Part shown: positions 52,906 to 64,000 of the stretch, piece by piece
Layout of the letters: the number at the start of each line of letters is the position of its first letter
Numbering within the stretch: the stretch's first letter is position 1
Source: Felis catus
Taxonomy: Eukaryota
Assembly: GCF_018350175.1 (NCBI RefSeq)
Contig: NC_058378.1
Span: forward strand, 60,698,001 to 60,762,000
DNA length: 64,000 nucleotides
Direction of reading: 5' to 3'
Translations under genes and position numbers: made by a program
Notes under the pieces: generated by a model
Told to the model about the DNA's origin: nothing
Database searches by the model: none
What the model saw: only the letters and a program-made list of their open reading frames with translations

Positions 52906-54967
52906 TGAGAGAATTTCTCCTACTTCAATTTTTGGCATTATTATTGGCATAATAAAAAAATATTTTCCCAGAGAAAATAGACAAATCAATTCTTTAAATC
53001 TTAAAACTCAACATGCACCACTACAATGATGTATTTCAAATATACTATGGAGAGAGACAAAGGAGAAACTAAAAAGCATTAGCTTAATTGACTTTAAGGA
53101 AAATGGCTAGAGACAGAACTCCTGCCCAACAATTCCAGAATCAAAGGATCTAATAAGATGGACAGACTGCTCCTTCTGCATCGCTGATGGAAACAGGAAA
53201 TCGATAATTTCTATTTTTTTCTTTTTAAAATTAAGAAAAAGGCAGATGAAGTATCCATAAACTGGCTGAAGATAGAAATAGTGTTCTCTGAAAATCAATT
53301 AACAAGGACCCCTACTCAGCCCGCTGCAGCAACTGACTAGGTTTCTCTCCCCACCTCAAATCTTTATTTAGGGGCATCTTTGTTACTGTGACATTTGGTC
53401 ACTCATCCACCCACCCATCAATCCAACAAAAAACATTTATTGAGCACATAGTGGTGATAGGCTCTAGATGCTGTGTGTATGAAGGAGGGCGGGAAGGGAA
53501 GAGTAACAAAAAAATTAAGGAATACCATCTTTTCCTCCAAGCATTTAACAGTCTAGTGAGGGAGACCCTCCCCCCCCCCAAAAAAAAGTGAGGAATTTGG
53601 AACCCGATCGATCTCAGTTTGAGTCTTGGCTCAACTTCTAAGACAGGTGGCTTCAATACTGACTGTTATTTAACCTCTAAGGTTCACTTTTCTGCATAAA
53701 CGGGGGGGGACAGTAATTCCTAGCCACCTACTAGAGCTGACGCTTCAAGGAGATGATGCAAACAAAAGCACCTTGTAACATGCCTAAGGTCTCAAGGCTG
53801 GATCAACAGAATGAATCTGATAGCTTAGGACAGAACTGGCAGTTTTGCCTCAAGGGGCACAGAAGGTACCAACCAATCTCAGCGATACGAAGCCTTTGAG
53901 TGGAACGTAGAAATTGAGTTGTTTTACAAAAGTCACCCTCCGCCCAAAATAAAAGCAGGATTCAGTTTCCTTCCGTTTGTCACTATTGATGCATATACGT
54001 TGGCTACTAGCAGGAGGAATAGCGGATAAAGCACTGGTTTTAGGTCACCTCCACTGTACGACCTTGGGTTCACTTCACCTCTTCGTGCTTCAGGTTTTTT
54101 TTTTTTTTTCATTCGTAAAACGAGGATCAAACTTCCTGCCTAACTATGCACCCAATTTTTCAATTCAAATGTATGTGAAAGCCCCCTGTACGTGCTAGAG
54201 CACCTGGCAAATATGTTTAGTAATTTTTTCCCACATTCCGAAAAGGATAGTACCTCCCTGCTTGCCTGGTCACTCTTTCTTCTGGATCTTTATTAACGTT
54301 GTAATTTATAATCACAGAAATAACTGCAATCCTTTGGCCATTTCCGGCACCAGATTCCCGAGCCCCACCCATATACACAGCCAAGCCACCCGCCCTGCTG
54401 GGGACCGAAGGAAACTTAGCCCTTCCCCACCCGGGGGCGGGCCCCAGCCCGTCAGGCCCCTCCGCTGTGAGTTCCCGAAGCCAATCCCCACAGCCCTCGT
54501 GCACCCGCCCGCCCCTTAGAGAGAGGAACTATTATGGCGGCCCGGAAGAACGGCAGGGGCGCAAGCCAATCACTGCGGAGGGCTGCCCTCCTCCGGCAAG
54601 GCCCAGAGGCGGGGTCATCGGCCAAGATGGACAGCCAGAACAACCAATAGAATGATCGGAAACAGGGGACGGGGCGGACGCCGGGCGCTCACTGAGCGGT
54701 TAAGGCCCCTCGAGCCGAGGGCCCAAGAACCCGGCTCGGACTACAGCCTTTGCCTTTATCCATCCCAAACTTCTCCATCCCATGGTTGCTGGCCAGCCGC
54801 CCTGCCTATGGACTACGGGTGAAGGGAGGACGGAGGTGGCGGCGGTTGAACCCGCCTGACAGGCTGGGCCAGTGACAAAGAGCCGGTGGCCCAGGCCGAA
54901 ACCCGGGAGCGATCCCTTTGGGGAAGAGAGCATAAACCCCTTTAGAGATAGGAAAGATGCAACTCAC

Positions 54968-55015
54968 GTTGTCGATCACGACAGGCTGGTTGGCGATCAC
55001 ATCGTAGGACTCCAT
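54968..55015 (-). CDS. ACTR1A: Alpha-centractin (Arp1, dynactin) ACTR1A exon 1
   Basis: GCCATGG; MESYDVIANQPVVIDN; AAC|GTGAGT; identity as ACTR1A rather than ACTR1B from residues and synteny with SUFU. Confidence 0.97.
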
Positions 55016-55059
55016 GGCAGAAGAATATCCCCTTCCGAGGAAGGAACTGCCAGCCGGGT

Positions 55060-55400
55060 CTGCTGCTAACGCCACTGACACGCATGCGCAGTCTAGCCGC
55101 CGGTCCAAGGCGGCTAGGGAGCGGCCAGACCTCGCCTCCGAAGAACTACAACCCCCAGCATGCCTTACCCCTGCGTTTAACTCGCCAGGCCCCTTTGGAG
55201 CCCCGCCTAGTTTGAGTAGGGCGTCGCATTTCGACGCACAGTACCCTGGGCTTTGTAGTCTCCTTCGATGAATAGACGGGGACGCAGATTGATGACTGTA
55301 TTGCACGCTTGGATCTGTAGTTCCATTGAAGGGATTCGCAGTGCATGCTGAAGTATGTAGTCTTCTGGAGTACTTGTCTGTAGTTGGGTTTGAATTGGCC
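55060..55400 (-). promoter_or_regulatory. ACTR1A: ACTR1A CpG-island promoter
   Basis: NRF1-like CGCATGCGCA 55081-55090; ZNF143/THAP11-type ACTACAACCCCCAGCATGC 55145-55163 and four more ACTACA cores. Confidence 0.75.
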
Positions 55401-56038
55401 GGTAATTCGTGGATGTTTAGATTTTCCAGGTCAGTCCCTGCCACCAGTTCTCCTGGACAATTGCTGTGTTTTTATTTGGGTCAATAAGACATTAATAAAC
55501 ATTTATCAGCATCACATTCTAATAAAGGAACATTTAATACACGCACACGGGGAAGGAGGACATACTCTCAGAACAAAAGAAAATGCATTTTATAAAATTT
55601 GCTTTTTGGAAAAAACCGGCACATTTTTTGCTTCTTTTCGCATTTATTCCTGGGTAGGTGTAGACTTTGCAACAGGTTAACATTGGTCTGAAGACTGGCA
55701 TTTGTAACTACGGGTACAGATGATCTTTTGTTCATTAAAACATCGTTCATTTAATAGCTTCAGGAACTGCTTTAATATCTCTATTTTTCATGGAGAATTA
55801 GAATTGACATTGAGGAATGAGAAAATGGAGGTGAAGAGAAGTTTTGTGTCACTGCTTTCAAATGACACCAATGCATTTTTCTCCAGATTAGGCACCCCCC
55901 CCCCTTCAAATTGCAAGAACCCTTTAGTCAATAGCACTGGTAATCAGGACTTCTTTCTATTCCTTTCTCTTGGAATTCCTTACTGTACACAGGAAAATAA
56001 TTCTCAACCCGGTGCCTTAGGAACTAAAAATTCTCCCA

Positions 56039-56535
56039 GAGATGCCTGGCTGGCTCAATCGGCGGGGTATATGACTCTTGATCTGGGGGTTGTAAGTTCC
56101 AGCCCCACGGTGGGTGTAGAGATCACTTAAAAAATAAAATCTTTTTAAAACTTCTCCCAGTTACAGAAAGTGAAAGGGAATGGGAAAGAGCAGATCCATA
56201 ATAGATAACGAATTTTGGTGTTCCTCAAGGCAATCTGCATACATCTGCATAAAACAGAACAAAGAAGAGATTGTCATCACTAAAAGCATTTATCAAAAAA
56301 ATTGCCAAGTCTTGGTGCGCCTGGTTAAGCGGTTAAGCGTCTGACTCGATTTTGGCTCAGGTCCTGATCTCACCGTTCCTGAGTTCCAGCCCTGCATAGG
56401 ACTCCACGCTGTCAGTGGAGATTCTCTTGGGAATCTGCTTGGGATCTTCTCTCTCCCTCTGTCTCTCTCTGCCCCTACCCTGCTCACGTGCTCTCTCACC
56501 CTCTCTCTCTTTCTCTCTCTCAAACTTAAAAAAAA
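56039..56535 (+). mobile_element. Two CAN-SINEs (about 56039-56145 and 56313-56535) between ACTR1A and SUFU
   Basis: SINE heads and tails; imperfect TSDs ttctcccag and aaaaatt(g/a)ccaagtctt. Confidence 0.8.
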
Positions 56536-56939
56536 TTACCAAGTCTTTTAAATTGATCCTAGTTTAACTAACTCTTGCCACTTTTAACAGGACTCCAAAA
56601 TAAGTATTTCAACATAGGACTCCTGAATTTGGCGGTGTTAGTGTCAGTCAGTAAGAATGTCAGAAGGACATTCAAAGACGGTAGGAAACATTCAGATTTA
56701 TAATCTGTTAAAACTAATGCCACACTAAGGAGTGAATGAATCAATCCATTATTGTCAGATTTATGCTTAAATTCTTGTTAGCATCATGTTGGAATAGTGA
56801 CAAACTCTTTGGCGGCGCACTTCCCACTGCTTTCGTGGGACCCTAGCACCTCAGGATGTCGCAACATCTCTATTTAAACCTGGGTTCCTCCTAACACTAG
56901 GGGGAGGCCAAGAGCCTTGGGACTCCCCAACACAAGGAG

Positions 56940-57255
56940 AAGGAGGCGGGACCTATTGTCAAGTCACGCCTTCCCCACCTGTGACTGGCACAGACACTAG
57001 CCAATGGATGCCGGAATAGGGCGATCCGACGCCCCGCCCTTTTGAGCGCCCCGCGGCCCCCGAGGCACCCTCTGGCCGTCTCTGCGGCGGCGACGGCCTG
57101 GGCAGACTGTGCGCGGTGCGCAGGCGCGGAGCCTAGACCTCGCTGCAGCCCCCATCGCCTCGGGGAGTCGCACCCACGGAGTCCGCCTGCTGGCGCGTCA
57201 GTGCTCTCCCTTTCGTCCACCCTCCCCGGTCCCCCCAGCGCCCTTACGCGCCCGG
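56940..57255 (+). promoter_or_regulatory. SUFU: SUFU CpG-island promoter and 5'UTR
   Basis: CCAAT 57001-57005, GC box near 57031, NRF1-like TGCGCAGGCGC near 57117. Confidence 0.7.
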
Positions 57256-57437
57256 ATGGCGGAGCTGCGGCCTAGCGGCGCCCCCGGCCCCACCGCGCCC
57301 CCGGCCCCTGGCCCTAATGCGCCCCCGGCCTTCGCCTCGCTCTTCCCCCCGGGACTGCACGCCATCTACGGAGAGTGCCGCCGCCTTTACCCTGACCAGC
57401 CGAACCCGCTCCAGGTTACCGCTATCGTCAAGTACTG
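57256..57437 (+). CDS. SUFU: Suppressor of fused homolog, exon 1
   Basis: MAELRPSGAPGPTAPPAPGPNAPPAFASLFPPGLHAIYGECRRLYPDQPNPLQVTAIVKY(W); TG|GTATGC; 182 nt. Confidence 0.97.
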
Positions 57438-60400
57438 GTATGCTCTGGGCCGCGGGGAGAAGGACAGGGGCGGGATGGGAAGGGTTAGAGCGCCGAGGGC
57501 GAAGTCATTTGCTGGGGAGAAGGAGGTGGAGAAGAATGGTTAAAGCACTTAGAAGGAGGGCGTCCTGCTGCGAGGGAAGGAGTTAAGGCTCAAGTTGAGA
57601 ATGGGGACAAAGGGGTTAACGGAGCCAGTGGGTAGCGAAGGGTTAACGAGGGAGGATGAAGGGTTAACTAGGATTAGGAGAATAGAGTGAGTTGGGGGTG
57701 TGTGTAGGAGGGGGGGGCGACAGGAGAGAGGGAACTGTAAACGTGGTGAAAGGAGGGGGCGCCTGTAGGGGGTCATTAGTGGGCGAGGGGAAGCCAGGGG
57801 CGGGGGGTGGCTGAAGTGGGCTGGGGGAGGCGAGGCGGGGCCTGGGGAGCATAGGAGAGGGTTTTGGAGGAGTGCGGCTGGCGGAGCTCAGAGGGCTCGA
57901 GACTGCACAGGGTAGGGGCGGCTCTGGGAACCCCGGCTCTCCCGTAGGTTAAGAGGGGGAGCAAGTTTCGAGAGTTGTGTTGGTGAAGAGAGGAGGAGGA
58001 GGAGGTCTCTTTTGATACCTTCCCAGTGAGCTCAGACGTCAGATCGGTGCCGTGCTTTCGCGTTTGAAGTTTCACGGAGCAAGTTTTCTCGATAAACTTT
58101 CTGCTTACTCGGCACGGTTCTCTTTCTTCAAGCAGAGCTGCCTCTGGCTCTGCAGCCGCTTTGCTTTAGGACATTGACTGGAGCAGAGGCAGGATCCGGG
58201 AGAGCCATGGTTTGGGATTGAAGGGGACCACAGTAAAAAATGAAAACCTGGGACGTTGACACGGAGGAAAGAAGTGCAGTTAAGATGTTAAGAGGAGCTT
58301 CCTGTCCACAAACTTCAGGATTTAGGCTGTAGTCTCTAAGGGAAGCAGAGAGTAACCCTCAAGTGGCTCTGTTAAGATCAGACCTGTATACAGAAGGGCT
58401 GCCCTTGGGGTAGGAATGGTCCTTTCTTGTTTCCCATTCCTGTTTGCAACCTTCTCTTTCTGCAGCCTCTGGGCAAAACAGGTGTTATAGGGACTCCGAC
58501 AAAGAGCCTGTCTTCATGGTCTTTCTGGACCAAATTGACCGAGGAATTGGTTGAATCTGTCCAGAACCGCATTCATGCATTGTGTTAGATGATCCCCTTC
58601 ATTGAATCCTGAAAGACTGTCTCTTCAGGAAGCAGCTTGGAATGTGGCCAACAGGGCAGGTAGACCCAAAGGGGGAGGCTGATAGAATGGATGTCTTTGC
58701 TGGTTACCTCTCCCTTTAGGGCTGAGTCTTCTCCAGGGTAACCTCTTAACTTCATCTGGAGGTGGCAGAAACTAGACTGGCTAGGGCTGAGGCCAGTTCC
58801 GTGTGTCAGTAGGAGGATGTAAAGAGGCTGACAGCATGGAGTGACCTGGAGTCACTACAGTCCTGCAACTGCCTTGTGGGGTGTAGTTAGGTGTTCAAGG
58901 AAGTAAGTTCAAGGAAGAGCATCAAGGGATTCTCTGGGTCCTTGGATAACATCTTTTTCTAAGTGCAAAATGTGATTATTTTCTATATACTCATCTGTTT
59001 CCCATCAGGTTTATGAGTAAGAACAGAACACTCTGTGCTTGGGACAAGGTTAATTTTGTCTGACTCTTGGTTATTCCCTGCAGTTATAGTTTTAAGATAA
59101 AGCCTCATTACGTGATGCTATATCCTCTGAGAGACTTGGCCAGAAAGAGGGCTGCAGGGGTGTGGCAGATAGAGTATGGAACTGCAGATACCCTTTTCTA
59201 CTTGTTGCTGGATGGACCTAGGCTGAAGAAGGAGCAAGATTGGGAATTTGCAGCAGGAAACCCAAGCAGATACGGAGCCTGTAGGCACTCCCATCTGTTC
59301 TGGGGTTCTGCAACTACCATGTGGTTCTTCTCGGGATAGCTACCCTTTTGTTTCCTCCTTTCCCTAGCAAACTTTTCTGTATCCAACTGGTTGTGGAAAT
59401 AGTCTCATGATTTGGCCAAATCACAGTTAAGGGAAGACACAGAGATTTGTCCCCTTTCCTGATCCACTCAGTTCATATTCTTAGCTATTTGTAGCAACTC
59501 TCTTACAAGTTCTATAAATAACTCAGCATTTCCTAGCAGAGAATAGGGATTTCTATAAAGGCAAGTAATACCCTGACAAAGGAGGATGAAACCAGACCTA
59601 CTAGTTTTAAATAGTATTTAAATTGCATGATACTGGCACACGTGCTGGGATCACATGTAACATGTATTTTATTTGATCATTAGTGTTCCTTCAGCATATG
59701 ATCCCAATTGCAAAGTGCACTCCATCAATGTCCCAGGGGCAGGCAGAGTTTTTGCAGTCTGTGAAACAGTCAGATGTCCAAGGCAGCTCAAATGCAGAGT
59801 GTTTGTGGGCTAAATGCAGACTTCCTTCCGCTGATGGTTCCATTTAGTCTGTTTCTCAAGTCTACCAAGTTTCCCTATTCATTCTGAAGAAACATAGGAC
59901 TTTTTTTTTTTTTTTTTAAAGAGCACTAATTGCTCTACTAAAGGAATAAAGGAATAAACCCTTATGGAATTAAATCCTCAGAGTGAGATAATGACTGAAT
60001 CTCTTCCTCAGCTGCTTCTCTGTTGGAATTATGGGGGAAGTTTAATGTGGTCCTCAGAGGCCCCAAATCATTTAATATTCTAGCTCTACCTTTGAGGCAA
60101 CAGTCTCCTAGGATCATCTTCCAAATGCAGGCACTCACAAGGCTCAGCCTGGCCTGCTGCGGTTCTCTGTGCAGAGCTGGGCTAGCCTAAGTTTGGCCTT
60201 TGTCACTTGCATGATAAAAGACCAGCTTTGGTCTGTGGGGTGCAGGCTGGGGTCTNNNNNNNNNNNNNNNNNNNNNNNNNNNNNNNNNNNNNNNNNNNNN
60301 NNNNNNNNNNNNNNNNNNNNNNNNNNNNNNNNNNNNNNNNNNNNNNNNNNNNNNNNNNNNNNNNNNNNNNNNNNNNNNNNNNNNNNNNNNNNNNNGTCTT

Positions 60401-60798
60401 TCAACAGAAGCCAATTGATTGACTAATGCACCTCTTGCTTTGAAGCTTGGCATGTTTACAGGCGCCATGGAAGAGAGATAATCCCTTCCAATCCCGTTTG
60501 GGATTGGTAATTTGAAACAGGAGCAATCAAAAGGGACAACCACCCACTCTGTTTTATTTCTAAAAGAGTTCCTGCATATAGGGGACAGGAGAAGGGAGCC
60601 TCTTGTGCTTATGGAATCGGGCAGTTTCTAGCTGCCCATCCCTTGGTCTTATCCCAGAGAGGTATGGCCTCCTTTTAGTTACCTTTCATCCCAGGTTCCT
60701 CCACGATGGGGTCTTTAGATTTGTAAGGCATAACTGTTTAGCTTCACATTGTCTGCTTTCAGACTCACACTGACTCCCTTGTGTTTTGTGTTTTGCAG

Positions 60799-60933
60799 GT
60801 TGGGCGGCCCAGACCCCTTGGACTATGTTAGCATGTACAGGAACGTGGGGAGCCCTTCTGCCAATATCCCTGAACACTGGCACTACATCAGCTTTGGCCT
60901 GAGCGATCTCTATGGTGACAGCAGAGTCCATGA
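60799..60933 (+). CDS. SUFU: SUFU exon 2 (gene continues beyond window)
   Basis: TTTTGCAG|G; LGGPDPLDYVSMYRNVGSPSANIPEHWHYISFGLSDLYGDSRVH; GA|GTGAGT; 135 nt. Confidence 0.97.
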
Positions 60934-61919
60934 GTGAGTGTGTGACACCCGCCCACCCTCCACCTGTCTGTTTCTTAGCCTTGAGCCTTATTTCTGGGGT
61001 TTCCCTCAGCAGGGGTGATAATGTCATAGTTCTGTGAAGTTGGCATTTTTCAGGTGGAACCTCTGGGTTTCTGCCCTCTGCTTATATCTGCATATGCCAG
61101 AGTGATCCACGTCAGCACCCGAGCTCTGCTCATCTGGTGTGGGACAGTGTTGATGATGAGCAAGTGTTCCAAAACCATCAGATTTTTCTAAGCTTGCTTT
61201 GGTGTTTGAGCCCAGAGGACAGTCAGCATAGCTGTGACCCAGAATTTGAGTTGATGCTTTTAGGTCTACTTGTTTTATTCCCTCTAGCTTATTATGAAGA
61301 ATTTTAAACATAAAGCAAAGTTGAAAGAATTTTATAGTGAACACACAAATACCCACCACCTAGATTCTGCAATTAACATTTTACCTACTTACTTTATTAT
61401 GAATATATCCATCTCTATCCTTCTGTTGATCTTATCTACTCCTTGTCTACTTCCTTTTAACCTGCGGTTGTCTGTACTCAGCTTATCTATAGTACATTTT
61501 TTATTCTAGTCTAGTCTAGTCCCATTTTCTGCCCTGTACATTTCTGCCCTGTACATTTCTGTACACACCTGCCTCCCCCACTTCCCTCTATAACCACTGA
61601 ATTTAAACAATTTTTAATATTAAGTTAAACATCGACTTAGTGTTAAGTCCGCTAAAAAATAAGTTACATTAACAATAATGAAAGCTAACATTTGTTAAGT
61701 ATTGATGATGAGCCAGGTATTCTTCTCTTCACTTTGTATATATAAACTAATTTTATTTTCAGCACAGTCATGTAATACTGGTAGATGCTCATATATGCCC
61801 TATTTTATGGATCAGGAAACTGAGACACAAAGAGAATCTATAACTTGTTTAAGGTCACGCAGCTTAGAAGTGGTGGAGCAGGATTCTAATGCAGGCATTT
61901 TGGCTCCAGAGTTCATATT

Positions 61920-62560
61920 CTTTTTTAAAAAAAAAATTTTTTTTCAAGTTTATTTTGAGGGAGAGAGCGCACAAGCAGGGAAGGGGCAGAGAGGAGAGAC
62001 AGAATCCCAAGCAGGCTCTGTGCCATCAGCTCAGAGCCTAATATGGGGCTTGAACCCATGAACCATGAGATCATGACCTGAGCCGAGATCACGAGTCGGA
62101 TGCTTAACCGACTGTGCCACCCCGGCACCCATCCAGAGTTCGTATTCTTAATGACTATGCTCTCCCATTTCTTAAACAATTATATCATGTACTCCAGTAA
62201 GTTACTGTCTATAATTAAAACAAATTTTTTTTTTGTTTCCATCTACACTTTTTCATGGGAGGGATTCTTTCCTTCAATTCAAATGTTTTCTTGGGCACCT
62301 GGGTGGCTCATCAGCTAAGCATCTGACTTTGGCTCAGGTCATGATCTCATGGTTCATGAGTTGAGCCCCGTATCTGGTGAGCACAAGCCCTGCTTCTCTG
62401 CTTCGGGCAAGCTTGAGCCCCACTTTCGGTGAGCCCTGCTTCTCTCTCCTTCTCTCTCCTTCTCTCTCTCTTTGCCCCTCATTGGTTTCTCTCTCCCTCC
62501 CTCTCTCACTGTCCCTCGCTCACTTGTGCCCTCTCTCTCAAAACAAACAAACAAATAAAT
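61920..62560. mobile_element. Two CAN-SINEs in opposite orientation (about 61920-62130 on -, 62292-62560 on +)
   Basis: SINE heads, tails and CT tracts. Confidence 0.8.
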
Positions 62561-64000
62561 AAGTGTTTTCCTTCTCTTCCCCCTTGTTAGCATGGTTAAT
62601 CAAGAGCTGATTCTATTTCTATTATATAGCCTCTCCTGTTTTTTTGTTTCTTGTCCCCTTTTGCCTCCTATGCTATCATTTTGGTATCTTGGTGATGACT
62701 ACTTAGCATGTGTAGGTTGAAAGACTAGCAGGGTTCTTCCTGCCCTGCCTCAGCATAAGAGGCTGGTTCTGGAGATGATCATGGTATCATGATGAAGAAG
62801 ATGATAATAATCTTTTTTTTTTTTTTTTTTTTTTTTTGCTTTTTGTAGTTCTTACTAGCTTCTTTATCATTGCATCAAATACTTTACAATCTTACCAGGT
62901 TCTTTTGTTATCTCCGTTTTATAGATGAGAAAACGGAGTCACTTAGGGGTAAATGAACTGCCTAAAATAAAAGAACTAGGATTCACTTGAGCTGTCTTGA
63001 GTCCAAAGTCTGAGCTCTTAACCACTGGGCTACTTTACCTCTCTGATCACAGGTCCAATCCAACTTCCTCTTCTCTCTTGTTAAGCTGGGGGCGCAGGCC
63101 TCATCTCCTTACTGATCACATGTCGAGAGCAATGCCTGGGCCTGCCTTTACAGCCTTCCAAACAGATCCATTGCAATGTCAGCAGAAGGCTTTGGGAACA
63201 GTGAATTAATCTTGCCTGAATGGGGACCCTGCATTACAGTATTAATAATGGAGATAAAATAGCAAACAGATGTGGGGAGTAAAGGCACTATGCTGGACTT
63301 TAATGTATATTTTTAATAAGAACCTGCAGAGTGCAGTGAGCCTGTACCTTTTTGTTGACAGATTTATTCCAGTCAAAGGAATATCATTTCCTATTTGGGT
63401 TAAAGCTTCTTACACTCTATCTGCTTATCAGGTATGGGTCCAAGGCCTAAAGTGACAAGAAGAACATAATTGAGAAAGCTCCATATTTCACAGGGGGCAA
63501 CCTCTGAATTTTAAAGACGGCCTTCCTTACTGTTTTTTCATGTTTGAAGGTACCCCTTTATATGTGTACAATTTCTGTCTGATAAAACACTTTGATATTT
63601 GTATGTCATTTATGACGATAGTGAGATCTCCATTTGGGCTGTATCTCACCACTGGAATCTAGTGTTTTCTGATATTATGTCCTACGTCTAGAAGGACATG
63701 GAAGGAGTGTTCTTGGATATTTACCCAGTTCTGGTCTATGTTACAGAAGTCAAAAGTACCTTTGTAATTGGCCTTGTGCTGGTGTGACTGGTCTCTTCTC
63801 GATCCTGGTAAGTTTCTTAAAGAAAAGTTTGCTTTTCCAAACATTTCATGTGGCAAGCCCTCTTTGAAACAGATTTAAAAATTCTTATTTAATTTAGTGT
63901 TTGAAGTTGAGGTTAGAAAGGTGAGTGTTCTATCATCCAGTTTAAATGCTAAGAAATGTTGAATTGGAATTATGGCAAATGAGTCTCTGGTAATGCTCTT

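Noticed and set aside
54806-55444. 212-aa ORF containing the ACTR1A N-terminus with a long extension
   Set aside because: Non-ATG start upstream of the likely TSS; the real start is GCCATGG at 55015, and the ORF's tail is intron read-through.
61505-61565. Short tandem duplications (ctagt x3; tttctgccctgtaca x2)
   Set aside because: Ordinary slippage repeats in an intron.

Overview
Mammalian genomic DNA, almost certainly from a felid: it contains six near-identical, CpG-intact cat-type CAN-SINEs (SINEC_Fc). The gene order matches human 10q24.32: CUEDC2 (- strand; first four coding exons, gene runs off the window start, likely exon 1 inside an N-gap), MIR146B (+), C10orf95 (-; 219 aa in one coding exon), MFSD13A/TMEM180 (+; 8 coding exons, complete 517-aa CDS), ACTR1A (-; 11 coding exons, last ~11 codons lost in an N-gap), and SUFU exons 1-2 (+), head-to-head with ACTR1A. 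Exon boundaries were read by hand and are GT-AG and phase-consistent. The rest is SINEs, old L1/L2/MIR/MLT/MER fragments, microsatellites and five N-gaps. I see no new multi-gene system. The best leads are regulatory: a TATA/Inr/STAT-driven spliced host transcript for miR-146b with a 22-nt micro-exon, a possible in-frame alternative first exon of SUFU at the ACTR1A promoter, a strong-Kozak uORF in MFSD13A, a changed miR-146b-3p arm, and evidence on which C10orf95 frame is real. All comparisons to human or mouse sequences are from memory and need alignment to confirm.
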